Shown here: in pieces, positions 49,708 to 59,410 of the stretch
Layout: every line of letters starts with the position of its first letter
How positions within the stretch are numbered: position 1 is the stretch's first letter
Assembly (NCBI GenBank): GCA_050916045.1
Contig: CP051526.1
Coordinates: 3,232,001-3,296,000 of the forward strand
Direction: 5' to 3'
DNA length: 64,000 nt
DNA from: Tepidisphaera sp.
GTDB taxonomy: Bacteria; Planctomycetota; Phycisphaerae; Phycisphaerales; UBA1924
The notes under the pieces: model-generated
The model's database searches: none
What the model saw: only the letters and a program-made list of their open reading frames with translations
What the model was told of the DNA's origin: nothing
Made by a program: the position numbers and the translations under genes

Positions 49708-51684
49708 TCAAACGTGGGCGGGAGCGGGAGAGCTTGCAACCGGAGCGGGTCCGTCCTTCTTGCTTTCGGTCTTGCCGTACGTGCGGGCCGTCGGCTTGAT
49801 GAGGCTCGCGTCGATGGAAGCAAACGAGATCGAAACGCTGTCGGAAGCCGCGTCGTACTTGGCGAGCGTGGTCTTCATGAAGTTGGCATCGTCGCGCTCG
49901 GTGTAGTCGGTGCGGTAGTGGGCGCCGCGGCTTTCCCTCCGCTCCAGCGACCCCTTCGCGATCGCTTCGGCGACGATGAGCATGTCGCCGACCGAGCGGG
50001 TGTATCCGACGGTCTGGTTCGTCCACGCGGCCGAGTCCTGAACGGAGACGCGCCTGAAGCGATCCTTCAGTTCAGCGAGCTTGTTCAAGCACTGCTTGAG
50101 GCGGGCTTCGCTCTTGACGACGGTACACGCGGTCGTCATCTCGTCGCCGAGTTCCTTGTGGATGACGTATGGATTTGTCGAAGCGTCGCCGGCGCGGCCG
50201 GAAGTGTCCACGAGCTGCTTGTAGCGGGCTTCCTCGCTGCGGACAGCCTGCTCGTACGCGGCCGGGGCAAGCGACTCGGACGGAGCTTTCTTCGCCGGAC
50301 CGTCCTTGATGTAGTTCGCGACCGAGACGCCGCAGAAGAGGCCGTCGAAGAGGCACGAGAGGAGCGCGTTGGCGCCGAGGCGGTTGGCTCCGTGGTAGGC
50401 GAAGTTCACCTCGCCGAAAGCGTACAGGCCTGGGATGTTGGTGCTCGCGTTCGCGAACTCGCCGAGAGCCATCCCCTGGCCGACATCCGCGTTCTCAAGC
50501 GGGGAGGCGGAGCCGGACTTGTGCTTGGTGCGTGCGTCGGTCGGGTTGTACCGGCCCTTGGCGAAAGTGGTGTACAAGCCGCCCATGCTGTAGTGCACGG
50601 CGGGGAAGATCTTCATCGGGTTGGTGTACGGATCCTCGCCGGCGAACTTGCTGTAGATCTCGAGGATGCCCTCGAGCTTCTTCTGCAGGTATTCCTTGGG
50701 CTTATGCGTGAGGTCGAGGTAGACGGAGTTCTCGCCGTTGACGCCCATGCCGTCATCGACGCAGACGCTGAAGATCTCGCGGGTCGCGATGTCGCGCGGC
50801 ACGATGTTGCCGTACGCGGGGTAGCGTTCCTCGAGGAAGTAGTACCGCTCAGCTTCCGGGATGTCCTTCGGACGACGGGTTTCGCCCTTCTTGCGAGGGA
50901 CCCACACGCGGCCACCCTCGCCGCGGGCCGATTCGGACATCAGGCGGAGTTTGTCCGCTCCGGGAATAGCGGTCGGGTGGACCTGGATCATCTCGGGGTT
51001 GCCGTACCACGCGCCGGCTTGGAAGCAGCGGGCCGCGGCGGCTCCGGTGCAGATGATCGAGTTGGTGCTCTTGCCGTAGACCAAGCCGCAGCCGCCAGTC
51101 GCCATCACGACCGCATCAGCGCGGAACGCCCGGATCTGCATCGTCCGCATGTCCTGCGCGACGATGCCCACGCAGCGACCGTCCTCGACGACCGGCCGGA
51201 GGAACTCCCACGCTTCATACTTGGTGACCTTGCCTTCGCTCTCGAACCGGCGGGTCTGCTCATCCAAAGCGTACAAAAGCTGCTGCCCCGTGGTCGCGCC
51301 CGCGAAGTGCGTCCGCTTAAAGAGCGAACCGCCGAAAAGGCGCAGGTCGCGGAACCCCTCGCTCGTCCGGTTGAAGGGCACGCCCATCCGGTCCAGAAGA
51401 TCGATGATCTTCGGAGCCCAGTTGGCCATCTCGAGCACCGGGTGCTGATCCGCGAGGAAGTCGCCGCCATAGATCGTCTCGTCGAAGTGTTCGTACTCCG
51501 AGTACCCCTGCTGGCGAGCCACGTCGTTGCACGCGTTGATCCCGCCTTGGGCGCACACGGAGTGCGAACGCTTCACCGGAACGATCGAGAAAAGGTCGAC
51601 GGCGATGCCCGCTTCGGCGAGCCGGACCGATCCGGCGAGCCCGGCGAGCCCTCCCCCGACGACGATGACGCGCTGCTGTGCCAT
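49708..51684 (-). CDS. sdhA: succinate dehydrogenase flavoprotein subunit
   Basis: GGGLAG, RSHSVCAQGG, QVHPT, HYSMGG, HGANRLG, ESRGAH. Confidence 0.95.
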   Translation of the reverse strand: MAQQRVIVVGGGLAGLAGSVRLAEAGIAVDLFSIVPVKRSHSVCAQGGINACNDVARQQGYSEYEHFDETIYGGDFLADQHPVLEMANWAPKIIDLLDRMGVPFNRTSEGFRDLRLFGGSLFKRTHFAGATTGQQLLYALDEQTRRFESEGKVTKYEAWEFLRPVVEDGRCVGIVAQDMRTMQIRAFRADAVVMATGGCGLVYGKSTNSIICTGAAAARCFQAGAWYGNPEMIQVHPTAIPGADKLRLMSESARGEGGRVWVPRKKGETRRPKDIPEAERYYFLEERYPAYGNIVPRDIATREIFSVCVDDGMGVNGENSVYLDLTHKPKEYLQKKLEGILEIYSKFAGEDPYTNPMKIFPAVHYSMGGLYTTFAKGRYNPTDARTKHKSGSASPLENADVGQGMALGEFANASTNIPGLYAFGEVNFAYHGANRLGANALLSCLFDGLFCGVSVANYIKDGPAKKAPSESLAPAAYEQAVRSEEARYKQLVDTSGRAGDASTNPYVIHKELGDEMTTACTVVKSEARLKQCLNKLAELKDRFRRVSVQDSAAWTNQTVGYTRSVGDMLIVAEAIAKGSLERRESRGAHYRTDYTERDDANFMKTTLAKYDAASDSVSISFASIDASLIKPTARTYGKTESKKDGPAPVASSPAPAHV

Positions 51685-51773
51685 GAATGCCTCGATTCCG
51701 CTTGCTCTTTGTGGTTCGATCCCGCCGCCCCCGCCGATTCAACTTCGAGGTCCGCGAACCCCGCCCGCACGAC

Positions 51774-52544
51774 TCACGGAGCCTGTTGAACGACCCCGGT
51801 TTCGGCGACCTTCGCTTTGCCTGAGTCCAACGCCATCGCGCCGATGATCGACATCCACGCGAGCGCCATCAGCGTCGCGCCCAGACCAAAGCACACCACG
51901 CCCCACCGCTTCTGCGCCTTGGCGCTCACCGTCAGGCCCCACGTGATCGCCGCCGTCCACACGCCGTTGGCAAAGTGGAACACCAGCATCGACACGCCGA
52001 CAAAGTAAAGCAGACCCAGGCCCAGGTCCCAGCCCAAACCGCCGCCCATCAGGGCATGGTTCAGCGTCGCGGCCGCGTACTTGTGATCCCACGCCACGCC
52101 GCCCGGCATCATGAACGTCCAGCCCCAGCGGAGCGTCGCCACGTGGTAGAAGATGAACACGATGCCGACGTACCCGCTGATCCGCTGAAGCGTGTAACGC
52201 CAGTTGTCCTGGTACGCGTACCGCTGCACGTTCACACGGCCTGTCGTCGCGTAATAGAACCCCAGAATCGAGTGGAACGCGATCGCCGCCCAAAGCGTGA
52301 CCTCGATCAGAAGCAGGTGCGGCACCTGCTCATTGATCCACTTCACTTCCTTGTCGAAGTAGTACGCTCCACCCTCCTGGATGCCGATTCCGGGCTTCTC
52401 GCCGCGAAGGGCGAAAGCACCCCACGCGAGGGACGAGTTCGTGACCAGGTGGGCGATCAGAAAGACGCCGATGGGGACGATGCCCGTCAGGGAGTGCAGT
52501 CGCCGCAGGAGGAAGTGATTCCGTTCAAGAAAAGAGGCGCTCAA
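51774..52544 (-). CDS. sdhC: succinate dehydrogenase cytochrome b558 subunit
   Basis: RRLHSLTG, five TMs with heme His residues; TTG start after AAGGA. Confidence 0.9.
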   Translation of the reverse strand: MSASFLERNHFLLRRLHSLTGIVPIGVFLIAHLVTNSSLAWGAFALRGEKPGIGIQEGGAYYFDKEVKWINEQVPHLLLIEVTLWAAIAFHSILGFYYATTGRVNVQRYAYQDNWRYTLQRISGYVGIVFIFYHVATLRWGWTFMMPGGVAWDHKYAAATLNHALMGGGLGWDLGLGLLYFVGVSMLVFHFANGVWTAAITWGLTVSAKAQKRWGVVCFGLGATLMALAWMSIIGAMALDSGKAKVAETGVVQQAP

Positions 52545-52592
52545 CGCGTGGTCCTTTCACCCAGATGACACGCCGACGGAGTTGTCGCTCCA

Positions 52593-53174
52593 TCAGCTGC
52601 CGAAAATCTGTCCGCCGCCGAAACCTCCGCCCGCCGCTCCCCCACCCATACCCCCGCCCATGCCCCCCGCCGGAGGCACAACCACCCCGCCGGCACCGCC
52701 GCCGATGCCGCCCATCCCACCCATCTGCTGCGGCTTGATCTTGCCCTCGGCGACGGCCCGCTCGACGGCTTTGACCAGCTCGACGAACTCGCTTCGGAGC
52801 TCGCCGAGGGTCTGGTCGATCAGCTTTTGTTCGTCTTCGGTCAGGTTTCCTTTCGTCTTCTCCCGCAGAACGCCGAGCATGTCAATATAAAGGCGGGCGT
52901 ACTCGGGAGCGACGATGCCCTTGCCGCTCCTTGGGTCCGGAATGGCACCCATATAGGTGAGGGCTTGGGTCGCGAAGAGGCTGACGAGGTCTTGGAAGCC
53001 GAGCTTGTCCTCGATCGTCTCGCCCGTCGCCTCAGCACCGGGACCGGCCGCGGGCGCGGCGGGCTTGGGCTTGTTGGCGGCCGCGAGGCGGTCCTTTTCC
53101 GCTTGGGCTTGGGCTTTCCAGTCGGAGTCGATGATCAGTTTGGGTTCATCGCCCGGGGGCGGAGGGATGGACAT
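52593..53174 (-). CDS. DUF1844 domain protein
   Basis: IDSDWKAQAQAEK, ARLYIDMLGVLREKTKGNL; AGGAG RBS. Confidence 0.85.
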   Translation of the reverse strand: MSIPPPPGDEPKLIIDSDWKAQAQAEKDRLAAANKPKPAAPAAGPGAEATGETIEDKLGFQDLVSLFATQALTYMGAIPDPRSGKGIVAPEYARLYIDMLGVLREKTKGNLTEDEQKLIDQTLGELRSEFVELVKAVERAVAEGKIKPQQMGGMGGIGGGAGGVVVPPAGGMGGGMGGGAAGGGFGGGQIFGS

Positions 53175-53270
53175 GGTGAGCTCCTGACCCGCGCGGGCCG
53201 GGGAGGACGTATCCTCTGAAGCGGCCTGAAACGGATTCAAATCGATCCTAGGCCCGCGTCCGGGGAACGT

Positions 53271-54647
53271 ATGGAATCTTCACGCCTTTTGAAACCGGTC
53301 TGCATTCTGATCTTCGCCGCCGGCACGCTCGGCGGATGCGGGAGCAGCGGACCAAGCGGGCCCAGGCTCACCGCCGGCGACTTCGTCCGTTCGCCCGGCA
53401 ACCAGGAAACGCCGCCGCCGCAGCCGGTAGTCGCCCCGACGCCGGTCAAGCCCGTCTCTCCCGCGCAGCCGCAAGCCGCACCGGTCGCTTCCAGCCGCGA
53501 GGTCCGCGCCGAGGTCGGATCCCCGAGCGTCACGCCGCAGGTCGAGACGCAAGCGAGCGCTCCATCAGGCGTCCAACCCGCCGCTACCGCGGGCGGCGAT
53601 CAACCGGTGGGCGAGCAGGTCCTGATCGACGCCAAGATCGGCGACATCAACAACCGGGCTCTCTACGCCTCGGATTTCCTCGAACCGATGGAAGCCGCGC
53701 TCCGGGCCAAAGCCGTCGAGATGCTCAAAGCCGCCAAGGGCGACACCCGCGCGGTCCGCGCCGCTTGGGAGCAGTACGCTCAGGAGCAGGTCGGCGGCCG
53801 GCTGGTCGCGTTCATCCGCGACGAGATTTTCCGCGCCGAGGGGCTTTCAAGCCTCAAGCCAGCGCAGCGCGAGGGCTTGTCCGGGTACATCTCGCGTCTC
53901 CGCGATGAGGAAATCCGCCGCAACCAGGGCATGCTTTCGATGACCGAGGAGGAGATCGCCAAGCAGACCGGCGGCAAGAGCCTCGACGAGTACATGCGGA
54001 CGCGTGAGCAGACCGAGCTCATCCGCTTCCAGCTTTTCCAGCAGATCGACCGCAAGATCCAGGTGGCGTGGCGCGACATCAAACTCGCGTACGAGCAGAA
54101 TCAGGAACGCTACAACCCCAACCCCACCGCCTACCTCCGCATGATCGTCGTTTCCGGCAGTGATGAGGAGGGGATCAAGTCGATCCAGGATGCCCTCGCG
54201 GCGGGCGAGGAGTTCGCGACCGTCGCGGAGAAATCCGTCAATCTCTTCAATCGGGACAAGGGCGGGCTTTTCTCGTCGCAGTTCGCCGGCGACATCGCGC
54301 AGGCCACGCTCACGAACTTCAAGCCCGTGAACGCGGTGGCGGTCGGCCTCGCGCCGGGCACGCAGGCGGGCCCGATCGACAACGGATCGACGAAAGCGTG
54401 GATCAGGTTCGAGCGGATCGATCAGCCGAAAGTCTCGCTCTATGACGCGCAGCTCGGCATCGAGAATGAGCTTTTCGCGCAGCGCCAGGAGCGGGCGATC
54501 CAGCAGTACCTCTTGAAGCTTCAGGGCCGCGCGAGCCTCAGCGATGTCGAGTCGATGGGCCTGCGCGTCATGCAGTTCGCCCGCGAACGCTGCTTGGAGC
54601 CCGTCCTCCGCGGCGGTCTGGCCGCGGCGGACGCCGGCGCGAAGTAA
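53271..54647 (+). CDS. SurA/PpiC-like chaperone lipoprotein
   Basis: LGGC lipobox; GEEFATVAEKS...KGG parvulin-like segment. Confidence 0.7.
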   Translation: MESSRLLKPVCILIFAAGTLGGCGSSGPSGPRLTAGDFVRSPGNQETPPPQPVVAPTPVKPVSPAQPQAAPVASSREVRAEVGSPSVTPQVETQASAPSGVQPAATAGGDQPVGEQVLIDAKIGDINNRALYASDFLEPMEAALRAKAVEMLKAAKGDTRAVRAAWEQYAQEQVGGRLVAFIRDEIFRAEGLSSLKPAQREGLSGYISRLRDEEIRRNQGMLSMTEEEIAKQTGGKSLDEYMRTREQTELIRFQLFQQIDRKIQVAWRDIKLAYEQNQERYNPNPTAYLRMIVVSGSDEEGIKSIQDALAAGEEFATVAEKSVNLFNRDKGGLFSSQFAGDIAQATLTNFKPVNAVAVGLAPGTQAGPIDNGSTKAWIRFERIDQPKVSLYDAQLGIENELFAQRQERAIQQYLLKLQGRASLSDVESMGLRVMQFARERCLEPVLRGGLAAADAGAK

Positions 54648-54659
54648 CGGGAGCCGGCC

Positions 54660-55136
54660 GTGGGACTCTGGAGCACGCTCAGAGGAGTGATCGCGGCTCT
54701 TTCGCCGTGGGCCGATCGTTCGCTCGGAGCGCTCGGCGAACGTGAAGCCGCCAAGCTCCTGAAAGCCGGCGGATACGCGATCCTCGGGGTCAACCTCAGG
54801 TTTGGCGGCAACGCCGAGGGGCACGGTGCCTGGGGCGAGATTGACATTCTCGCGCAGGATCCCGACGGAAGGACGATCGTGGTCGTCGAAGTGAAAGCTC
54901 GCAGGCGAGTGGCCCACGCCGCGGGCGCCTCGGCCGCGGTCGCGCCCGAAGCCAGCGTCACCCGGTCCAAATCCCGCAAGCTCATCCGGCTGATGGATGC
55001 CGTCGTCGCCGCCAACGGCTGGCAAGCCCGTCCCAAGCGGATCGACGTCGTCGCGGTCGAGTTCGTCGAACGGACTCCCGAACCTGACGAGGTGCGAGTC
55101 AAGCACTTCGTCGGCGCGGTCCGGCGAGAACGCTGA
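54660..55136 (+). CDS. YraN family protein
   Basis: GEREAA, GEIDI, VEVKAR, RIDVVAV. Confidence 0.9.
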   Translation: MGLWSTLRGVIAALSPWADRSLGALGEREAAKLLKAGGYAILGVNLRFGGNAEGHGAWGEIDILAQDPDGRTIVVVEVKARRRVAHAAGASAAVAPEASVTRSKSRKLIRLMDAVVAANGWQARPKRIDVVAVEFVERTPEPDEVRVKHFVGAVRRER

Positions 55137-56753
55137 TCACCAGACGCGGCGGCCGGCGAGAGCGCCGCGGAACTTGCCCTCGAGCTTGCGGACGGCCGCT
55201 TCCTCCGCGTCGATCGCGACGGGGATGATGAGGCTGAACATCGAGCCACGCCCGGGCTCGCTGACGACTTGGATCTCGCCCTGCAGGATCGCGGCGAATT
55301 CCTTGCAGATGGCCAGGCCCAGGCCGGTGCCAGAGTGTTCGCGGGTGTGTCCGCCGTCGAGCTGGTAGAACTTTTCGAAGATGCGTTCGTGCTCATCGGG
55401 CGGGATGCCCGGGCCGGTGTCAATGACGCTGACGCGGATCTGCTCGGCTTGTTCACCGCCGGGAGCGACGCCGGTGAGCTTCTCGGCGCGGAGGGTGATG
55501 GTCTCGCTGGGTCGGCCGGTCTTGGAGGGGGGGTCGGTGAACTTCACCGCGTTGCTGAGGAGATTGAAGATGATCTGCTGAAACTTTTTGACGTCGGTCT
55601 GCACGACGGGCAGGTCTTCGCCGGCTTCGAGCTTGAGCGCGATGCCTTTGCGTTCGGCCTGAGGCCAGATGAGTCCGAGCAGCCCCTCGCAGGTGTCGCG
55701 GACGTTCATCTTGTCGACGTGCAGGTCGATTTTGCCCGATTCGAGCTTGGCCATGTCGAGAAGCTCGTTGATCATCTCGAGGAGGGTGCGGGCGGCGGTG
55801 TGGATGTTCTCGAGATAGCGGAGCCGCTTGACAGCCGAGGGGGGCGGTTCGGGCACGGAAGCGTCGGCGCGGGCGAACTCCATGAGAAGCTCGGCGAAAC
55901 CGATGATGCTGTTGAGCGGGGTGCGGAGTTCGTGGCTGATGTTCGCCAGGAAGTCCCCCTTGAGCTTGGCGGCGTCATGCAGGGTCGTGTTCATCTCCGA
56001 AAGCTCGGTGAGCTTGAGGTCCATCGCCCGGTTGATGGCGCGGAGCTGGTCCTGCGACGCGGAGAGGTCCACGAGCATCTGGTTGAACGCGTCGGCGAGC
56101 TCCTCGAACTCGTCGCCGGTGCGGATGTCCGAACGCGCGGTCAGATCCCCCTCGCGGACCCGCTCGGACGTCTCGCGGAGCGCTCGCACCGGCGAAAGCA
56201 CCAGCTTGTGGGTGATCACGTAAAAGAGAAGCACGGCGATGATGAGCACGAAGGCGCCGGCGGAGAGAAGGTAACCCGAGTTCACCAGGAGCATCGCGCC
56301 CGCTTCGATGCTTCGGCGTTCGAGCACGATCATGCCGGTCAGCTCACCCTCATCATTCCGAACGGCGCGGGCGTACCGATACTCGCGCTGCGTGCTCAGC
56401 CAGCTGCTCTCCTGGACGTCGACAAGCGATGGACTCTCGACGAGGCGTTCCACGGCTCGACTGATGAAGTCGTTGCCGCGTCCGACATCGCGGGCCTGTT
56501 CCAGCGTGAGCTTGGCCGCGTAGACGCCGGCGAGGGTTCGAGGCGCGCCCTCGCGTCCCGGAGCGGGGGGCGGCGAACCGGGCTCGACGGCTTCCCACGA
56601 CAGCGCCATCGCTCGCGATACGTCGAGTTGTCCCTCGTCGACCAGATTGCTCATGCGTAGCCACGGCGCCGCCATCGCGATCAGCACGACCAGGACCACC
56701 GCTCCGCCGAAGAGAAGCAGGCACTTGTTGGCAAGCGAGATTCCGCGCCACAT
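55137..56753 (-). CDS. HAMP-containing sensor histidine kinase
   Basis: Two TMs, HAMP, SHELRTPLN, NLLSNAVKFT, DTGPG, GTGLGL. Confidence 0.93.
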   Translation of the reverse strand: MWRGISLANKCLLLFGGAVVLVVLIAMAAPWLRMSNLVDEGQLDVSRAMALSWEAVEPGSPPPAPGREGAPRTLAGVYAAKLTLEQARDVGRGNDFISRAVERLVESPSLVDVQESSWLSTQREYRYARAVRNDEGELTGMIVLERRSIEAGAMLLVNSGYLLSAGAFVLIIAVLLFYVITHKLVLSPVRALRETSERVREGDLTARSDIRTGDEFEELADAFNQMLVDLSASQDQLRAINRAMDLKLTELSEMNTTLHDAAKLKGDFLANISHELRTPLNSIIGFAELLMEFARADASVPEPPPSAVKRLRYLENIHTAARTLLEMINELLDMAKLESGKIDLHVDKMNVRDTCEGLLGLIWPQAERKGIALKLEAGEDLPVVQTDVKKFQQIIFNLLSNAVKFTDPPSKTGRPSETITLRAEKLTGVAPGGEQAEQIRVSVIDTGPGIPPDEHERIFEKFYQLDGGHTREHSGTGLGLAICKEFAAILQGEIQVVSEPGRGSMFSLIIPVAIDAEEAAVRKLEGKFRGALAGRRVW

Positions 56754-56812
56754 TCGCCCAGACGGTATGTGGCTCGGGCAAGTCCCGATGGCGCGGGGGC
56801 CCGGCCCCCGGG

Positions 56813-57784
56813 TCAGCGCCCGACGGGTCCAAACGGCGTCGTCGCCCGGGTGAGGCGGTCCAGGATCGCGGCCCACAGCGCACCTTCGCCGTCATCCACG
56901 GCGGGCCGCGGGTCCTCGATGAAGATCGCCGGGGCGTTCATCGCGTCGGCTTGGCGGAGCGCCGCATAGAGGTGAGCGGCGTACTCGCGAGCGGTCGCCG
57001 GCATGCGGATCACGGAGTCTTCCCGGGTCGAAAGCGTGACGCCCGGCCCGGAGACCTTCGCCCAATCGCCGGACCCGACGAGCTTGGCGGGCGTTGTGGG
57101 CGCGTAATGCACGCCGAGAAGCCCGGGGCTTTCGAGCGGGCCGGAAGCGGGCGCGTGCGGAGCGGCATCGACGCTACCCGCGCCGAGCACGGCTTCGATC
57201 TCCGCGGGTGTGATCAGACCGGGGCGCAGAATGCGAGCGTGCCCGCCCGCGACGGAGACGACGGTTGACTCGATCCCGCCCGTACACGGGCCGCCGTCCA
57301 GGACGAGGACCTCCGCCTCGTTGAAAGCCTCGCGCACATGCGAAGCCGAGGTGGGGGAAACGCCGCCGGAACGGTTCGCACTGGGCCCAACAATCGGCTT
57401 GCCAAACGCTTCGATGAGCGCGAGTGTGATCGGGTGGGCGGGGCAGCGGACGGCCATGGTCGTGCCTCCCGCGGTGACCTCGGTCGGAATCGCTTCGCCG
57501 CGCGGGACGATGATCGAGAGCGGGCCGGGCCAGAATCGCTCGGCGAGCGCGGTGGCGGGCCGTGGCCACTCGCCCGCGTGCCGACGCGCCATCGCGAGGT
57601 CGGAGACATGCACGATCAACGGGTTGTGCGAAGGCCGGCCCTTGGCCTGAAAGACCCGCCGAACGGCCGCGCCCGACAAAGCGTCGGCACCCAGCCCGTA
57701 GACGGTTTCTGTGGGAAATGCCACCAGCCGACCCTCGGCAAGCCGGCGCACGCCTTCCGCGATCTCCTCGGGTCCTGCGGACAT
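56813..57784 (-). CDS. tsaC: L-threonylcarbamoyladenylate synthase (Sua5/TsaC)
   Basis: PTETVYGLGA, KGRPSHNPLIVH, SANRSG, SPG...HYAP Sua5 extension. Confidence 0.92.
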   Translation of the reverse strand: MSAGPEEIAEGVRRLAEGRLVAFPTETVYGLGADALSGAAVRRVFQAKGRPSHNPLIVHVSDLAMARRHAGEWPRPATALAERFWPGPLSIIVPRGEAIPTEVTAGGTTMAVRCPAHPITLALIEAFGKPIVGPSANRSGGVSPTSASHVREAFNEAEVLVLDGGPCTGGIESTVVSVAGGHARILRPGLITPAEIEAVLGAGSVDAAPHAPASGPLESPGLLGVHYAPTTPAKLVGSGDWAKVSGPGVTLSTREDSVIRMPATAREYAAHLYAALRQADAMNAPAIFIEDPRPAVDDGEGALWAAILDRLTRATTPFGPVGR

Positions 57785-57878
57785 CCGTGGACGGTAAGCG
57801 ACACGGAGATGGGTCGCTCGGCTTCGTGCCTTGTTCCGGTGCCCGGTCACATTTTTGGAGGTTTCAACTGATCTTCTC

Positions 57879-57907
57879 TTGCGTCCGGGCTTCGGGACCG
57901 GTAATCT
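57879..57907 (+). promoter_or_regulatory. sigma70-like promoter
   Basis: TTGCGT-N17-TAATCT about 150 nt upstream of the ACT-domain gene. Confidence 0.45.
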
Positions 57908-58055
57908 AAGGGCGGCAGGGCGGCCCTCGTGGGTGAGCGGTGCGCCCGGCGGACGAGAAGGAGCGAACTCGGGCCCCCAACGGCCCGTTGCACGAAGGAC
58001 TCGGAGCCCTCGCTGTGCTGACACGGTCAGACGGCGCGGGCGGGATAGCACCGCC

Positions 58056-58550
58056 ATGAGCCAAGCTTCATCAGGACTCGAAACCACTCAGGGATACGCG
58101 CCACCGGTCGTCACGCAGTTCAGCGTGTTTCTGACAAACAAGGTCGGCAAGCTGTATGACCTGGTCAACGCGTTCAACGGCAGCCAGTGCCAGATCTGTG
58201 CGCTCGCCGTGCACGACGCCACGGACCACGCCGTCGTGCGCATCATCACCAACCACGCGTTCTCGGCCCGGCGGATCCTCAAGGAACAGAACCTGCCGTA
58301 CAGCGAGAAGGACGTGCTGGTCGTTGAGCTTTCGAAGGGGCACACGCTGAGCAGCCTGTGCATCTCGCTTCTGGCGGCGGAGCTTTCGATCCAGTTCGCG
58401 TACCCGCTGATGCTCCGTCCCAACGGGACACCGACCATCGCCCTTTCGGTCGAGGACGTGACGCTTGCGGGCCAGATCCTGCGGCGGAAAGAGTTCCGGA
58501 TTTTCGGGGAGGGTGACTTGCCGACGATGCCGACACAGCACGACCACTGA
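58056..58550 (+). CDS. tandem ACT domain protein
   Basis: QFSVFLTNKVGKL...DHAVVRII...IQFAYPL. Confidence 0.8.
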   Translation: MSQASSGLETTQGYAPPVVTQFSVFLTNKVGKLYDLVNAFNGSQCQICALAVHDATDHAVVRIITNHAFSARRILKEQNLPYSEKDVLVVELSKGHTLSSLCISLLAAELSIQFAYPLMLRPNGTPTIALSVEDVTLAGQILRRKEFRIFGEGDLPTMPTQHDH

Positions 58551-58698
58551 GACGTTTCAGACCCGTTCACAAGCCGAACTTTCTGTTGAGCCGGCGCAGC
58601 TTGTGCGTGTTTTTGGTGACTTTCGGCGAGATTGGGTGGCCGAATCGCGATTTTTGCGTCATGTTGCCTCTGGCGGCACCCTGCCCCGGAGGTATCTC

Positions 58699-59373
58699 GT
58701 GAAGAACGCGCGTCTGGTTGTGGCTTTGAGTCTGTCCGCGATCCCGTCCATCGCTCTGGCCGGCCCTGACTGGGTCGAAGGTGGCACGGACGCCGGGAGC
58801 ACGGTTTCCGCGGCGCAGGCGATCCTGGGAACGGGTCAGCTTCGCACGCTGGCCGGGTCGCTCTCGGAGGGGTTTGGCCGGCCGGACTACGAAGACATGT
58901 ACCTGATCCGGATCACGGATCCGGCGGAGTTCTCGTTCACGCTGGTGAGCGCGCAGTTCAACGCTTCGATGTACCTGTTCAACGTGACGCAGGCGAACGA
59001 GGCTTTCGGGCTTCTGGGCAACCTGGACTCGAACTCGGAGGACTTCCGTCCTCGGTTGACGTTCGCGGCGACGGATGGCACGGGCGCGTCGGTCAACAAC
59101 CCCGGGGTGTACGCCCTGGTGATCACGAGCAACGGCTGGCGTCCGACCAGCGGCGGCGGGCAGATCTTCTCGTTCGGGGAAGACGCCGGTGAGATCTCGG
59201 GTCCGGACGGTCCGGGGGCGGCGCGTCCGCACACGGGCTGGACGGGAACGGGCACCAGCGGCATCTACAGCGTCGAGATCGAGGGCGCGACCTTCGTCGA
59301 CGTTCCAACGCCGGGCGTGGCTTCGGTCGGCCTGGTCGCGATCGCGTCGGCGGCTCGCCGTCGTCGTCGCTGA
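58699..59373 (+). CDS. secreted PEP-CTERM-like (VPTPG) protein with PPC/DVUA0089-like domain
   Basis: GTG after GGAGG; signal peptide; DAG...AQ, DMYLIRI, PGVYALVI; VPTPG-TM-RRRRR. Confidence 0.8.
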   Translation: MKNARLVVALSLSAIPSIALAGPDWVEGGTDAGSTVSAAQAILGTGQLRTLAGSLSEGFGRPDYEDMYLIRITDPAEFSFTLVSAQFNASMYLFNVTQANEAFGLLGNLDSNSEDFRPRLTFAATDGTGASVNNPGVYALVITSNGWRPTSGGGQIFSFGEDAGEISGPDGPGAARPHTGWTGTGTSGIYSVEIEGATFVDVPTPGVASVGLVAIASAARRRRR

Positions 59374-59410
59374 TGCAGGAGCCCCACAATCTGAAAGAGC
59401 AGCGGGCGGA

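Noticed and set aside
48685..51789. 1034-aa plus-strand ORF and similar long antisense ORFs (5047..7548, 22853..24544, 25557..27119, 31688..33529)
   Set aside because: They are antisense shadows of real high-GC genes and carry no motifs
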